Notes: generated by a model from the sequence alone, not told the origin. A stretch of 64,000 bases of DNA from Planctomycetota bacterium (GCA_036479435.1 JAZGFI010000103.1:128022-192021), one strand, 5' to 3'; shown: positions 47,668 to 57,857, counted from the stretch's first letter. Made by a program: numbers and translations.

Positions 47668-49014
47668 TTGAACCTGCACATCCCGGGATCTTCACTTCGA
47701 CTTCGTTCGCCATGGGAGCTGGCTCTTGCCGCTCTTATCGTCGCGACCCTCGTGACTATTTCTGCCTGCACCTCTGGAAGCGCCGACGATGTCAGTGACA
47801 TCTTCAACGCGTCGGTCACCTTCGATGATCTCGGCGATTTCGAACTCGCTATCGACAGTGGCAACACCGGGTGGGATTACCCCGATTTCGAAAACGCCGA
47901 CGGCACCATCACCCGCGTCTTTTGGCTCGGTGAGGGCGAAGCCGTTCAGTTCAAAAAGCTCATTGCTAGCTCACCGGAAGTCGTCGAGAAATCCGTGATA
48001 GTCGGCGATGGTCCGAAACTTCCCAAGCAAAAAACGCGGCGATCAACCGACGGCAAAATCGAAAGCGGGTTCACCGGAGCCACGCCTTTGGAGTCCATTA
48101 CCCTGCGCGGTTCTGTGGACAAAGTCGACAACGTCACCGACCTCATCGTTGCCGTCCAAAAAAGCATTGCCCAGATCGACATCGGAATTCGGGTCGTTGA
48201 AGTCACCGAGAACGACACCCTCAGTTTCGGTTTCGACACCAACTTCTTGTCCGTCGAGGACAACCCCGACAGTCCTACGCGGACCTTCTTCAACGCCGCG
48301 GGTACGCTTTTAGGCTTACCGGAGATTCCCGGTCGCGGTGGAACGTTCAACCCGGGGACCACGACTCCCCTGCTCATCGATCTGGGGACGATCACCAAAG
48401 GCGTTCAAGTTGACTTTTTGATCCGCGCCCTCAAGTTATTCTCTCGCTCGGACATCCTGTCAGCTCCCCACATTGCCGTCTTAGACGGCCACACGGCCTC
48501 CATCTTGGCCGGTGAAGAGATCCCGTTTTTGACGCCGAGCTTCAACACTTCTGGGTTTTCGAATGTGACCACCACCTTCAAGTCGGTGGGTATCAAGCTC
48601 TTTGTGACGCCTAGATTGCTCGGCCGCGACTTGATCCGCATCAACCTCACGACTTCGGTCGAATCCGTCACCGGTGAATCGACCTTTGAGAGCAACGGCG
48701 TCACCGTCAGCAACCCGATCATCACCATCCGCGAAGCGACTACCGTCATGGACGTCAACGATGGCGACACCGCCATCATCGGTGGACTGTTGACGCGCTC
48801 GAAGTTTGACAGCGAAAACCGAATCCCGGTGCTCGGCGAACTACCGATTTTGGACGTCTTGTTTTCCAGCCGTTCCAAACGCGTCACCCAAAGCAACCTG
48901 ATCTTTTTCATCACGCCCAAAGTCATGGATCCAAGCAATGATCGGCGTCGAATGATCACCCCGGTGATGCCCGCTTTAAAAACTGACGAAGAAAACAAAG
49001 ACGGATCGAATTAG
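47668..49014 (+). CDS. secretin-family lipoprotein (T2SS/T4P/Tad-type secretin, short form)
   Basis: Lipobox (LVTISAC), secretin C-domain blocks (ILSAPHIAVLDGHTASILAGEEIPF, VGIKLFVTPRL, TTVMDVNDGDTAIIGGLL, IPVLGELPILDVLFSS...NLIFFITPKV). Confidence 0.8.
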   Translation: MNLHIPGSSLRLRSPWELALAALIVATLVTISACTSGSADDVSDIFNASVTFDDLGDFELAIDSGNTGWDYPDFENADGTITRVFWLGEGEAVQFKKLIASSPEVVEKSVIVGDGPKLPKQKTRRSTDGKIESGFTGATPLESITLRGSVDKVDNVTDLIVAVQKSIAQIDIGIRVVEVTENDTLSFGFDTNFLSVEDNPDSPTRTFFNAAGTLLGLPEIPGRGGTFNPGTTTPLLIDLGTITKGVQVDFLIRALKLFSRSDILSAPHIAVLDGHTASILAGEEIPFLTPSFNTSGFSNVTTTFKSVGIKLFVTPRLLGRDLIRINLTTSVESVTGESTFESNGVTVSNPIITIREATTVMDVNDGDTAIIGGLLTRSKFDSENRIPVLGELPILDVLFSSRSKRVTQSNLIFFITPKVMDPSNDRRRMITPVMPALKTDEENKDGSN

Positions 49015-49142
49015 AATCTTGGAAGCAAGGCGAGTTGGACGGCGTCAATACTAAGACCGTCTGGCGCTGCCGTCTGCGTGCTCAAAGGAGAATGCTCGTG
49101 TCTTTGGCTCCGAAAGCTTCTAATCGCCGTTATTGCGCCCAA

Positions 49143-50357
49143 ATGGCCGCTCACCCTCATGAGCGTGGCTCAGCCCTCGTGCTCGCTCTGATTTCCGCCT
49201 TTTTGCTGCTCATCGTGAGTTTTGAGGTCGCCCACACCACTCGGATTGAGGGCTTCATCACTTTTAATATTGAGGATGAGACGAAACTCGAGGTGTCCTG
49301 CCGGGCCGGCCTCGAAAAGGCCTTGGCTGTCCTGCGGCAAGACCGGCAGGAAACCGAGATCGACTCGCAGAACGATTCTTGGTGGACGCTCATCGAAGAT
49401 TCTGACTTGGTCGAAGAAGACGTCGGAAACGACGAATTCCTTTACGAAGAAGAACCCAACTACGGCTACGGTGACTCAGCCGAAAAGACCGTTCTCTACG
49501 TTCGTATTTTCGATGAAGCCGCCAAGTTCAATATCTATCTTCTGCTGGCGGATGACCTAGATGAACAACGCAAAAGGCGGGAGCGTCTCGCGAACGTCAT
49601 CGATCTATTCCGCGAAGACACCAACTTCGATCTCGGCTACAGCGAGGCTCGTGAAATCGCAGAGGATATCGAGTCCTATTTGAAGCGGTCGCCTGATCGG
49701 CCTTACGGCAACGCCCCGCTTCCCAAGTCCAAGGCTCCCGGCACGATTTTGACCCTCTCAGAATTACTCTACGTCAACGCCATCACGCCTGAGATTCTAT
49801 TTGATGTCATCGATGATGACCGGGAGAAGATTGTTCCCGGCCTCTTTCGATTCTTGACGATTTGGTCCGACATGCAGACCAATATCAACACTTGCGAACT
49901 CCCGTCGTTAGCCGGTCTATTCAAGCCCGCCGATACGGTCCTCGCGGAACGCATCTACGAGTACCGGACTGAAGTTCAAGAAGAGAGTGATCGTAACGAA
50001 GACTACGGCAGTGATTTCGGAGACCAGTCTGATGAAGAAGAGGGAGACGACGTCACCGGCGGTGCCCCCTTTACGCAAGTCAACGAGCTGAAGGAAAAGA
50101 TTGATGGCTTGACTCAAGACATCTACAACGAAATCAGCCCCTATTGCACGGTGCAGAGCTCGGTTTTTTCGGTGTTCGTTACCGCCAAGCGTGGCTTGGT
50201 CCGGCGCACCAAGATGTACGTCGTAAGGCGCTCAGAATCGGGCTTTCGCCTGCTATTTGAGACCCTCGTCGACTTTCCTTACTTGATTTCAAACGAGTCG
50301 CTCAAGCAAGCCACAGAAGATGCGGAAACCTCCCGCGAGCAGCGAGATTCTCGCTAG
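49143..50357 (+). CDS. GspK-like minor pseudopilin (T2SS protein K family)
   Basis: Pseudopilin-like N-terminus (RGSALVLALISAFLLLIVSF) without the conserved Glu5, as in GspK. Internal HhH-like NINT motif (TNINTCELPSLAGLF...ERIYEYR). Start placed at an internal ATG. Confidence 0.55.
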   Translation: MAAHPHERGSALVLALISAFLLLIVSFEVAHTTRIEGFITFNIEDETKLEVSCRAGLEKALAVLRQDRQETEIDSQNDSWWTLIEDSDLVEEDVGNDEFLYEEEPNYGYGDSAEKTVLYVRIFDEAAKFNIYLLLADDLDEQRKRRERLANVIDLFREDTNFDLGYSEAREIAEDIESYLKRSPDRPYGNAPLPKSKAPGTILTLSELLYVNAITPEILFDVIDDDREKIVPGLFRFLTIWSDMQTNINTCELPSLAGLFKPADTVLAERIYEYRTEVQEESDRNEDYGSDFGDQSDEEEGDDVTGGAPFTQVNELKEKIDGLTQDIYNEISPYCTVQSSVFSVFVTAKRGLVRRTKMYVVRRSESGFRLLFETLVDFPYLISNESLKQATEDAETSREQRDSR

Positions 50358-50435
50358 TTCGTCTGGCTCGGCCCCGCGGGCTTAAACAGCCGGTACTCCT
50401 AACGGCGATTGGCCGCTAGCGTCCCAAACGCTCGA

Positions 50436-50485
50436 TAGCGCCTGCAGCCCGAACGGCTGCTAGCGCCTGCGGCCCGAACGGCCGC
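50436..50485. repeat. 25-nt tandem duplication spanning the rluB stop codon
   Basis: TAGCGCCTGCAGCCCGAACGGCTGC / TAGCGCCTGCGGCCCGAACGGCCGC; the second copy encodes the C-terminal GRSGRRR*. Confidence 0.5.
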
Positions 50486-51365
50486 GCCCCTGCGATCGGC
50501 TCCCCTTTGAAGACGACGGCGAGCCAGACTTGCCACGACGCCGCTTGTGCTTTTGGTGTTCTGGTTTTCCGGAGGGATGATCGAGCTTCACTCGATGGCG
50601 GCGCGCAGGCGGCCCTGGTTGCACCACTCCGGCTTCACGACGAGCTTCGCATTCGGACAAGAGGTCTTTGACTTCTTGGCGGCTGAGCACTCTGACGTCG
50701 CCCCGAGATATCCCCTTCACGCCCAAACTTCCGATACGAACGCGCTTCAACTTCGCGACCCCATGGCCGAGTTTTGCAAACACGCGTCGCAGCATTCGGT
50801 TGCGACCTTCGCCGACTTTAACCATGACGTAACTGAACTGTTTGGAGCGCTTCTGCAACTTAACGTACAAGGCTCCGCTGCGACCTTCGGCCAACCACAC
50901 GCCCTTTCGAGCCTTGTCGATAGCATCATTGGAAATCCAGCCGTGCACCTTCAGGGTGTAGACTTTTTCCAAGCCGTAGCGAGGGTGTGCGACCCGGTTC
51001 GCGAATTCGCCGTCGTTCGTGATGATAATGAGACCTTCGGAATCTTCGTCCAAACGCCCTACTGTGAACAGCCGGCGATGGCGGCGGTCGCGTACCAGTG
51101 AAACGACGGTGGGTCGGCCGTACTCATCGCGGTTGGTACATAGATAGCCGACCGGCTTGTAGCAGAGAAAATAAGCGGGGTCTTCGCGCTGAATACGCTC
51201 GCCGTTGTAGCGAATGTCCTGTTTTTCGGCGTCAACCAGGGTGCCCATCGCTTTGACCTCCATGCCATCAACAGTGACATGTCCTTCCGCGATCAGCTCC
51301 TCGCAATGGCGTCGCGACGCGACACCCGCAGCGGCGAGCACTTTGTGCAGTCTTTCCATGGCCAT
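50460..51365 (-). CDS. rluB: 23S rRNA pseudouridine synthase RluB (RsuA family) with basic RG-rich tail
   Basis: S4 domain (KVLAAAGVASRRHCEELI), catalytic GRLDEDSEGL, HPRYGLEKVY. Confidence 0.85.
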   Translation of the reverse strand: MAMERLHKVLAAAGVASRRHCEELIAEGHVTVDGMEVKAMGTLVDAEKQDIRYNGERIQREDPAYFLCYKPVGYLCTNRDEYGRPTVVSLVRDRRHRRLFTVGRLDEDSEGLIIITNDGEFANRVAHPRYGLEKVYTLKVHGWISNDAIDKARKGVWLAEGRSGALYVKLQKRSKQFSYVMVKVGEGRNRMLRRVFAKLGHGVAKLKRVRIGSLGVKGISRGDVRVLSRQEVKDLLSECEARREAGVVQPGPPARRHRVKLDHPSGKPEHQKHKRRRGKSGSPSSSKGSRSQGRGRSGRRR

Positions 51366-51520
51366 TTCGAGGTCTCAAATCAATCCGGGAGTGGTTCTGG
51401 GAGGCCATGCTCCGTCCTCAACCGCCCCCAATCAAGGGTTTGCTGCCAGAAGGCGGCCCGAAAGGGGGAGAATTGTTAAGTATTGCGTTGGTGATTGAGG
51501 AATCGGACTGATGACCCCGT

Positions 51521-52504
51521 TCAGTTCTTGGGAATTGCGATGAGCACTTTCGCCGGATTACCTGATCCTGATAGCTCGATCGCCCCTTCTCCGGCCGCAA
51601 CCACCGCGGTCTCTCCCTGCTCTAAGACCAAGGATTCGCCCTTTCTGTTCAGCCGGACGAAGCCCTCTTGGCACTGTAAGACCGTCAGTCTGTCGCACTC
51701 GAGGCCAAAAGCCCCTTCCAGCTCGAGGGCCTCAATTCGGAAGGGTTCAAGCTCGCAAAGCAGTAGGTGTCGGCCACCTTCTTGCTCCGCGATAACTTGG
51801 GGCTGGCACTTTTCGGGGCGCAGCTCCGTATCCAAGACCGAGAGTCCCTGGTCGAGATGAAGTTCTCTCAACCCGATTCCCTGCTCTTTGCGGTCGTAGT
51901 CGAACAGTCGGTAGGTAATGTCCGCCGGTTGTTGCACTTCGAACAGAAGAATCCCGCCGCCAATGGCGTGGATGCAACGCGCGGGAACCGGGATGATGTC
52001 GCCCGCCGCAACGGGGACGCGTCGCACGACCTCAAGGGCGCGGCCGGAGCGGATTTTCGCCTCGACGACCTCTTTCGAGATGCCCTCTTTGATGCCCAAG
52101 TACACGGCGGCATCAGCACTAGCTTCTAGGATGACCCAAGCTTCGGATTTACCGTTCGGGGCCGACTCCATCTTCTTGGCTTGCTCATCATCCGGGTGTA
52201 CTTGCAAAGACAAAATCTCTCCCGCATCCAGCCGCTTCACGAGAATCGGAAAAGCCATGGGCGGAAGTACCTTTGAGCCGACAAATCGCTGCGGGTCCTC
52301 CGCGTAGAATTCGCCCAAGTCCCGGCCGTCAAACTCACCGTCGACAAGGGTCGAACTCATGGCCTGCAAGCCGCTCGCATCGAGGGCTTCGCCGACTCCG
52401 TAGCCATGGTCGGCCAGCGGAGCGGCCAAGGAACTCAAGTTTGGCCCGGCCCACATCATGTGGCGTGCGTAGGGTCTCAGCTTAAATAGTCTAGTGGTCA
52501 TCAA
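51521..52504 (-). CDS. manA: mannose-6-phosphate isomerase, class I
   Basis: LSLQVHPDD and KSEAWVILEA (type I PMI zinc-site blocks), C-terminal cupin. Confidence 0.7.
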   Translation of the reverse strand: MMTTRLFKLRPYARHMMWAGPNLSSLAAPLADHGYGVGEALDASGLQAMSSTLVDGEFDGRDLGEFYAEDPQRFVGSKVLPPMAFPILVKRLDAGEILSLQVHPDDEQAKKMESAPNGKSEAWVILEASADAAVYLGIKEGISKEVVEAKIRSGRALEVVRRVPVAAGDIIPVPARCIHAIGGGILLFEVQQPADITYRLFDYDRKEQGIGLRELHLDQGLSVLDTELRPEKCQPQVIAEQEGGRHLLLCELEPFRIEALELEGAFGLECDRLTVLQCQEGFVRLNRKGESLVLEQGETAVVAAGEGAIELSGSGNPAKVLIAIPKN

Positions 52505-54282
52505 TGAGCCCCGTTGGCTCCGATCTCGTCAGGTGAACTAGGTGCGCCCAGTGGGCTAGTAGTTGCGCCCAGAGGGCTAGTCTTAGCCCCCAAGGGTTTG
52601 GGATCGCCCGGTTGCGAATCACTGAGGGTCGCAGCTTCCGCCAAAAGGCTCTTCACCTGGCGCCGTGCGAGCTTCGCATCTCCGCCGCCCAGCATAGCGG
52701 CAAGTTCTTCCAAACGAGCTTTTCCTTCAATTTCTGCGATCTCAGCTCGGGTTCCCGAATCGGTCGTTACCTTCGATACGCGAAAATGGCGGTCGGCGAA
52801 GGCCGCAATCTGAGGAAAATGCGTAATGCAGAGAACTTGGCGGTGTTGGCTGAGCTTTTTGAGCCTGCGACCGAGGACCAAACCTAAGCGGGGCCCAACG
52901 CCGGTCTCGATCTCATCGAAGATGAGCAGGGACATCCCGTGGAGCTCGGCCAGGACGGATTTTAGAGCCAACAGAACGCGAGACAGTTCGCCCCCCGAGG
53001 CCGCATCACTCAAGGCCGCCATGGGGCTGCCTGGATTGCTGCAGAGCAAAAACCGCGGCCGCCCGTAACCCTGAGGCCCCGGCAACTCCCCTGCCGCTGC
53101 CGCTTCGGCCCCCACTTCGACGCCAAAACGCGCTTTCGGCATCTGGAGGTCGGCGAGTTCTGCTTCTATTTCTTTCGCCAGTCGTTTTGCCGCGGGCTTT
53201 CGCTTGCGAAGCAGTTTGGTCGCCGCATCGACCAGCTCCTTCTCAACTTGAATGAGGTCTTGTTCCAAGCGTTCAAGTCCCGCTTCGCGAGACTCTAGGT
53301 TCTCGATCTTTCCGGCCAGTTCGGCGTGCTTTGAGATAAGTCCGGCCTCGTCGACGCGGTGCTTCCGCATCAAGTCGTTGAGGCGGTCGAGGCGAGCGCC
53401 AATTTCAACCGGATCTTCGCGAAAGGATGAACGGCGATCGAGGAGAGACGACATGTCACGAGCGAGGTCGACGGTCTCTTCTTCCAGCCCGACGAGCCGC
53501 TGAACGAGCTGAGTGAGTTCGTCATCGTCTTCCGCAAGAGTTTCCAAGGACTGTAGGCTTTTACCCAGGCGCGCCTGAAGACTCTCGGGGCCGGATTCCA
53601 GCCACGAACAAACGTCTTGCAACTCGCGACTGACATCGCGGGCACGATCCAAATCCCTGAATCGCTTTTGGAGTTTGGCCTGCTCGCCAGCTTGGGGATC
53701 GACGTCGTCGAGTTCTTCTCTTTGAAATCGAAACAAATCAAGTTGGAGCCGAAGCTCTACTTCCAAAGCCTCGCGCTGGGTGATTTGATCGCGTAGTTCT
53801 TGAGCTTGGTGATGTAGCTTTGCACAAAGAGCCGTAAGCTCGCGACAGCCGGCGTAATGATCCAAAACAGACATTTGTTCGCGTTCAGACAAAAGGCGCT
53901 GCAAATCGCGCTGCCCGTGAACATCGACCAGCTCGGACGACAAGGCGCCTAACTCGGCTCGCGAAATCATGCTGCCGTTCAAGTAGGCGCGCTGAGAGCC
54001 TCCGCTTCGCTTCACGACGCGAACGACCAGGTCGTCGCCTTCCGGTTCGGGGCTGCGCTCGCCTTGGACGGCCAAGGGTCTGCGAAAGCGACCTTCAACG
54101 CGCATCGTTTTTCCTTCGCCAGGATCAGACTCAAGGCGATTTCCGAAGAGCAACTCGATCGCGGACAACAGCAGCGATTTACCGACTCCGGTCTCGCCAC
54201 TAATCACATTGAGGCCCGGATGAAGGCTTACGGCGGCCTTGTCCAGGATCAACAGGTTCTCGACTAGGATCTCTTCAAGCAT
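52501..54282 (-). CDS. recN: DNA repair protein RecN
   Basis: N-terminal Walker A (ISGETGVGKS), coiled-coil, C-terminal signature/Walker B (LLIFDEIETGVG...HFPQIAA); in-frame C-terminal tandem repeats. Confidence 0.9.
   Translation of the reverse strand: MLEEILVENLLILDKAAVSLHPGLNVISGETGVGKSLLLSAIELLFGNRLESDPGEGKTMRVEGRFRRPLAVQGERSPEPEGDDLVVRVVKRSGGSQRAYLNGSMISRAELGALSSELVDVHGQRDLQRLLSEREQMSVLDHYAGCRELTALCAKLHHQAQELRDQITQREALEVELRLQLDLFRFQREELDDVDPQAGEQAKLQKRFRDLDRARDVSRELQDVCSWLESGPESLQARLGKSLQSLETLAEDDDELTQLVQRLVGLEEETVDLARDMSSLLDRRSSFREDPVEIGARLDRLNDLMRKHRVDEAGLISKHAELAGKIENLESREAGLERLEQDLIQVEKELVDAATKLLRKRKPAAKRLAKEIEAELADLQMPKARFGVEVGAEAAAAGELPGPQGYGRPRFLLCSNPGSPMAALSDAASGGELSRVLLALKSVLAELHGMSLLIFDEIETGVGPRLGLVLGRRLKKLSQHRQVLCITHFPQIAAFADRHFRVSKVTTDSGTRAEIAEIEGKARLEELAAMLGGGDAKLARRQVKSLLAEAATLSDSQPGDPKPLGAKTSPLGATTSPLGAPSSPDEIGANGAH
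52543..52604. repeat. three imperfect ~21-nt tandem repeats at the recN 3' end (encode TSPLGA x3)
   Basis: GCGCCCAGTGGGCTAGTAGTT / GCGCCCAGAGGGCTAGTCTTA / GCCCCCAAGGGTTTGGGATC. Confidence 0.5.
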
Positions 54283-54289
54283 GGTGGAT

Positions 54290-54721
54290 TCAGGTTACGC
54301 GCGTGCCGGGAGGAGCACTGCCCTCAATGCCGAGAGGCCACACACGATCGTCGCCTTTGACGGCGAGGATCATGCCTTGGCTTTCAACCCCGCGCAGTTT
54401 CACGGGCTTGAGATTGCAGCAAACGATGAGGGTTCGGCCGACGAGTTCATCGGGCTCCCAGTCAGATCGGATGCCCGCCACAATCTGGCGAGATTCGGCA
54501 TCACCGGTATCAACTTTCAGGACTAAAAGACGGTCCGCATTGGGGTGGGCCTCGGCCGCCACGACTCGTCCGGTTTTCAGTTCAACCGCCGCAAAATGTT
54601 TGATGTCGATGAGATAATTGTCGGTTTTTTCAACCGCTTCGCTCGCAGTTTTGGGAGTTTTAGCCTTGGCCTCGGCCGCCGATTCATCTGGCGATTCGGG
54701 CTTTTTTGCATGTTCGTTCAT
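54290..54721 (-). CDS. tRNA-binding protein (CsaA/Trbp111/EMAP-like)
   Basis: DIKHFAAVELKTGRVVAAEAHPNADRLLVLKVDTG...LKPVKLRGVESQGMIL; start moved to the internal ATG (MNEHAKK). Confidence 0.7.
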   Translation of the reverse strand: MNEHAKKPESPDESAAEAKAKTPKTASEAVEKTDNYLIDIKHFAAVELKTGRVVAAEAHPNADRLLVLKVDTGDAESRQIVAGIRSDWEPDELVGRTLIVCCNLKPVKLRGVESQGMILAVKGDDRVWPLGIEGSAPPGTRVT

Positions 54722-55160
54722 GACTAGAAGATACGGCTCCGGGGGGACCCGAAACAAGCCCTTCATCGAGACCTTCAGATAGGCCAGACCCGAAACAAAA
54801 AGGACGGGAGAGTCGTCCTCAAGTCGCTCCAAGCGACTCCTACCACCCCATGTCATGCGCCTTTGCGGGCGCCTGGAAAGCCACGAAAACAAGTCCCTGC
54901 CGTGTCCTGCTCTCGGGCCCGGCGGTAATCCCTAGGCTCGACTCTCCCGCACCGATTTCGTTCGAAGACGAAGCGGCGGATTAGTGAAGAGCAAGCCCTA
55001 TGCCGAGAGATTCCGCTCGAGCCCATTTAGCTCTCAGAGCCGAGACGGAGCAACTATTGCGGATGCCTGGATCGTTAGGTCTTAACGGTCGCGTTCAGAC
55101 AGACTTCTTCAAGCTCGCCAATCGTTACCCCTGGGTCACGTTGGGCACGGCTCGACACGC

Positions 55161-56066
55161 TCAATTCCCGGAATTCAGAAGCCGACTTGCCAGGGCTTGG
55201 TTCTGCGGAAAAAGCTCTGCGCCGATGCGCCACGCGGCTCGCGCCTCTTCGCTTTTCCCCATTTGCTGCAAGAGGTTGCCGAGCAAAAGATGCGTGCTGG
55301 CGTGGCCGGGCTCGCTCTGGCGGCGCGCTTGCTGTTCAATCAACACCTCGAAGTTGCGGCGCGCCTCGCCTTGACGCCCAAGGATCGGCGGCCAAAAAGA
55401 CAGGGAAACCGCTTTTTGATAACGCGCTTCCCAGTGCTCTTCGTCAAGGGCTAGGGTGCGGTCAAAGGCTGCGTCTGCCTTCGTCCCCAGGGCTCCCATT
55501 TCCTGCTGGCTCAGGTTTCCAGATCTGAGTTGTGCGATGTAAGCGGCGCCGACGGCATATTGCGCCTCAGCGGAATTAGCTTCGTCCTTGGCCTTTTTCT
55601 CGAGGTAAGCCATGACGGCATCAGCTTGGCCCGACTTGCCAATCATCGCCCAAAGCGCCATCGACTCCTCGTCGCTCATTCCCGGTTTCGCGAGTTTCCG
55701 CAGCGTGTCCTCGAGATCAAAGGCGGGCTCACTTTCCGCGGTCGTGGCGGCCGTTAGCTCACGCCCCGTTGCTGAATCAGCCAAGCCGCGGAGTGCCGCC
55801 GCCACGATAGCTTCGACCTCTTCTCTTTTGACACCCGCAGGTCTCACGCCGATTTCCCTTTCCGCCGCAAGACTCCTCTCCATGCGCTTCATCCGCGCGT
55901 CAGATTGATCTAGACGATCCAAGATCGCTTCCAACCGGTCCGCCGAACTTCCCTTGTCGACTTGCGCCTCATCTTGGGTCGAAGTCGCCATCCAGTACCC
56001 GCCAAAACTGAGGAGCGCCAACAGCGCGAAAGCCATGACGATGAACGTGATATTCTGAATAGACAT
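55161..56066 (-). CDS. TPR-repeat membrane-anchored protein
   Basis: Start placed at the ATG giving an N-terminal TM (MSIQNITFIVMAFALLALLSFGGYW); C-terminal TPR-like helices. Start coordinate +/-1 nt. Confidence 0.5.
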   Translation of the reverse strand: MSIQNITFIVMAFALLALLSFGGYWMATSTQDEAQVDKGSSADRLEAILDRLDQSDARMKRMERSLAAEREIGVRPAGVKREEVEAIVAAALRGLADSATGRELTAATTAESEPAFDLEDTLRKLAKPGMSDEESMALWAMIGKSGQADAVMAYLEKKAKDEANSAEAQYAVGAAYIAQLRSGNLSQQEMGALGTKADAAFDRTLALDEEHWEARYQKAVSLSFWPPILGRQGEARRNFEVLIEQQARRQSEPGHASTHLLLGNLLQQMGKSEEARAAWRIGAELFPQNQALASRLLNSGN

Positions 56067-56263
56067 CTTGGGTTGTCTCCTTAGCCTCGAGCAAGCTGTT
56101 TCCCCAGTTTCGCACCCATAGCTGACTATTCTGCCTTTTCCCAACAAAATGCAACAGATCGCTGGCAAGGGGAAATTTGATGGCGACCAGGTCCAACGAG
56201 AAGCAGGAGCTAACCCGATGAGGGTTAGCTCCTGCTTCAATCACTTTGAGGTCGGTGCTGGCC

Positions 56264-57103
56264 TTAGTTTCTCTTGGGGCCAATGAGTTTGGGCGCAGGT
56301 TTTTTGGGCGCGGGTTTGGCCTCTGCTTTTTTCTTCGCAGCCTGCGAGGCCGCTTCACGCGTCTTTTTGACCAGCGTGAATTTCTCTTGGCAGTGCGCGA
56401 TCATCTTTTTCAGCGAGTCGTCCTTGGGCGCCAAGGCAAAGGCCTTGCCGAGCGGTACGAGGGCGGCTTCGAAGCGATCGACCGCCGCGAGGCAGCGACC
56501 TTCTTCGTGGAAGATGTGCTTTTGCATGGGCTCAGTCATGTCTTTGTTCATGGCCAATTGAAACTCGGCCGCGGCCGCATCGAAGCGACGGTGCTTTTTG
56601 AGCTTGTAGGCCTTCACGAGGCGGATGAGGCTCGGTTCGGTCATGCGACCTTCGATGGCCTTCAAACCCACAACTTCAATCCAGGGCTTGCCGCGAAAAA
56701 CGCTGGTGACTCGACCGGTGACGATGAATCGGTCGTAAGTGCGAGCCTTCAAAATCTCCTTCGATTCCTTCATGAAGCGATCGATGAAGAGGTAGGGAAA
56801 AGTGGATTCGTAGGCGGACTTTTCCCAAAGCTGAGCGTCATCCCCCCAGACCGCAAAATTCACATACTGCTCTTTTTCAAAGCGCGTGTAGTAGGGGTTC
56901 TCAATGCTCCCCAAACTTTGAAACTGAACTACGAAGGTCACGTCGATGCCGCGAAAGGCGTGCGGAGCCTTCATGATGCTTTCCAGTGAGACGGCTTTTT
57001 GTTCGTAAACATCGCCCCACCAAGAGTCGTTGGCGAAGAGTCCGGCGGTGCAGACGCTTAGCCACAAGATGGCGGTCAAGGTCAAAATTCTCATGTTATT
57101 CAA
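56264..57103 (-). CDS. secreted hypothetical protein with Lys/Ala-rich C-terminal tail
   Basis: Signal peptide (ILTLTAILWLSVCTAGLFA); no recognised domain. Confidence 0.55.
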   Translation of the reverse strand: MNNMRILTLTAILWLSVCTAGLFANDSWWGDVYEQKAVSLESIMKAPHAFRGIDVTFVVQFQSLGSIENPYYTRFEKEQYVNFAVWGDDAQLWEKSAYESTFPYLFIDRFMKESKEILKARTYDRFIVTGRVTSVFRGKPWIEVVGLKAIEGRMTEPSLIRLVKAYKLKKHRRFDAAAAEFQLAMNKDMTEPMQKHIFHEEGRCLAAVDRFEAALVPLGKAFALAPKDDSLKKMIAHCQEKFTLVKKTREAASQAAKKKAEAKPAPKKPAPKLIGPKRN

Positions 57104-57203
57104 TCCTCAATGCATTCCTGCACAGTCGTGCTGACTATTCCCTTCTCACCTATCGGTCAGAAAGCTGGCGCTACGAAAGGGACTTCGGAGGATCTGCTGA
57201 TTT

Positions 57204-57857
57204 TTATGCGGGGTCGTCCTTGTCGACGATGACCAAAACGTTGACACCCTGCTCTCTGAGGTCCGCAACATCTAGGAATGCCGGGGGTTTAGGCCAGCGC
57301 AACTCGCTCGGATAACGAAAAACCAGGCGGCCTCCGGGTGCCAAGGAATCGCGGCGCAAGGCCTCGAAATAGGCGGCAAATAGGTCGGGTTGGTCCAAGA
57401 CGAGCGGAAACGGCGGATCGGAGAAGATCAAATCAGGGGCGGAATCCTCGTCCCGAGCAAAAGATGCCGGCACCATAGCGTTGCTTGCGCTCACCCGAGC
57501 GCGGTCTTCATAGCCCAAGGTGGCTAGGTTTTGCTCGATGACGCGTTGAGCTTTTTTGTCCTGGTCGACGAAAACACAGCTCGCGGCACCGCGCGAGAGA
57601 GCCTCCAAGCCCAATGAGCCGGCTCCCGCGAAAAGATCCCAAACGACTTCGGCCTCGAGTTGGGGGCCTAGGATGTTGAACAAGCGTTCTTTGAGTTGGT
57701 CCAAAATCGGGCGAGTCCCACGCCCCGCGGGGGCTTGGAGACGGCGGCCGCGAGCTTCACCGGCAATGATTCGCAAGGGCTGTGCCCTCCTTTCGGTGCT
57801 ATTATGACCGGCCCGCAGGTTCGGGCCAGAGGGAGCGTGGATCTCGCCCCTCGACAC
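57204..57857 (-). CDS. rsmD: 16S rRNA (guanine966-N2)-methyltransferase RsmD-like
   Basis: RIIAGEARGRRL, DLFAGAGSLGLEAL, FVDQD, FSDPPF; the true start may be downstream of the track M. Confidence 0.75.
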   Translation of the reverse strand: MSRGEIHAPSGPNLRAGHNSTERRAQPLRIIAGEARGRRLQAPAGRGTRPILDQLKERLFNILGPQLEAEVVWDLFAGAGSLGLEALSRGAASCVFVDQDKKAQRVIEQNLATLGYEDRARVSASNAMVPASFARDEDSAPDLIFSDPPFPLVLDQPDLFAAYFEALRRDSLAPGGRLVFRYPSELRWPKPPAFLDVADLREQGVNVLVIVDKDDPA

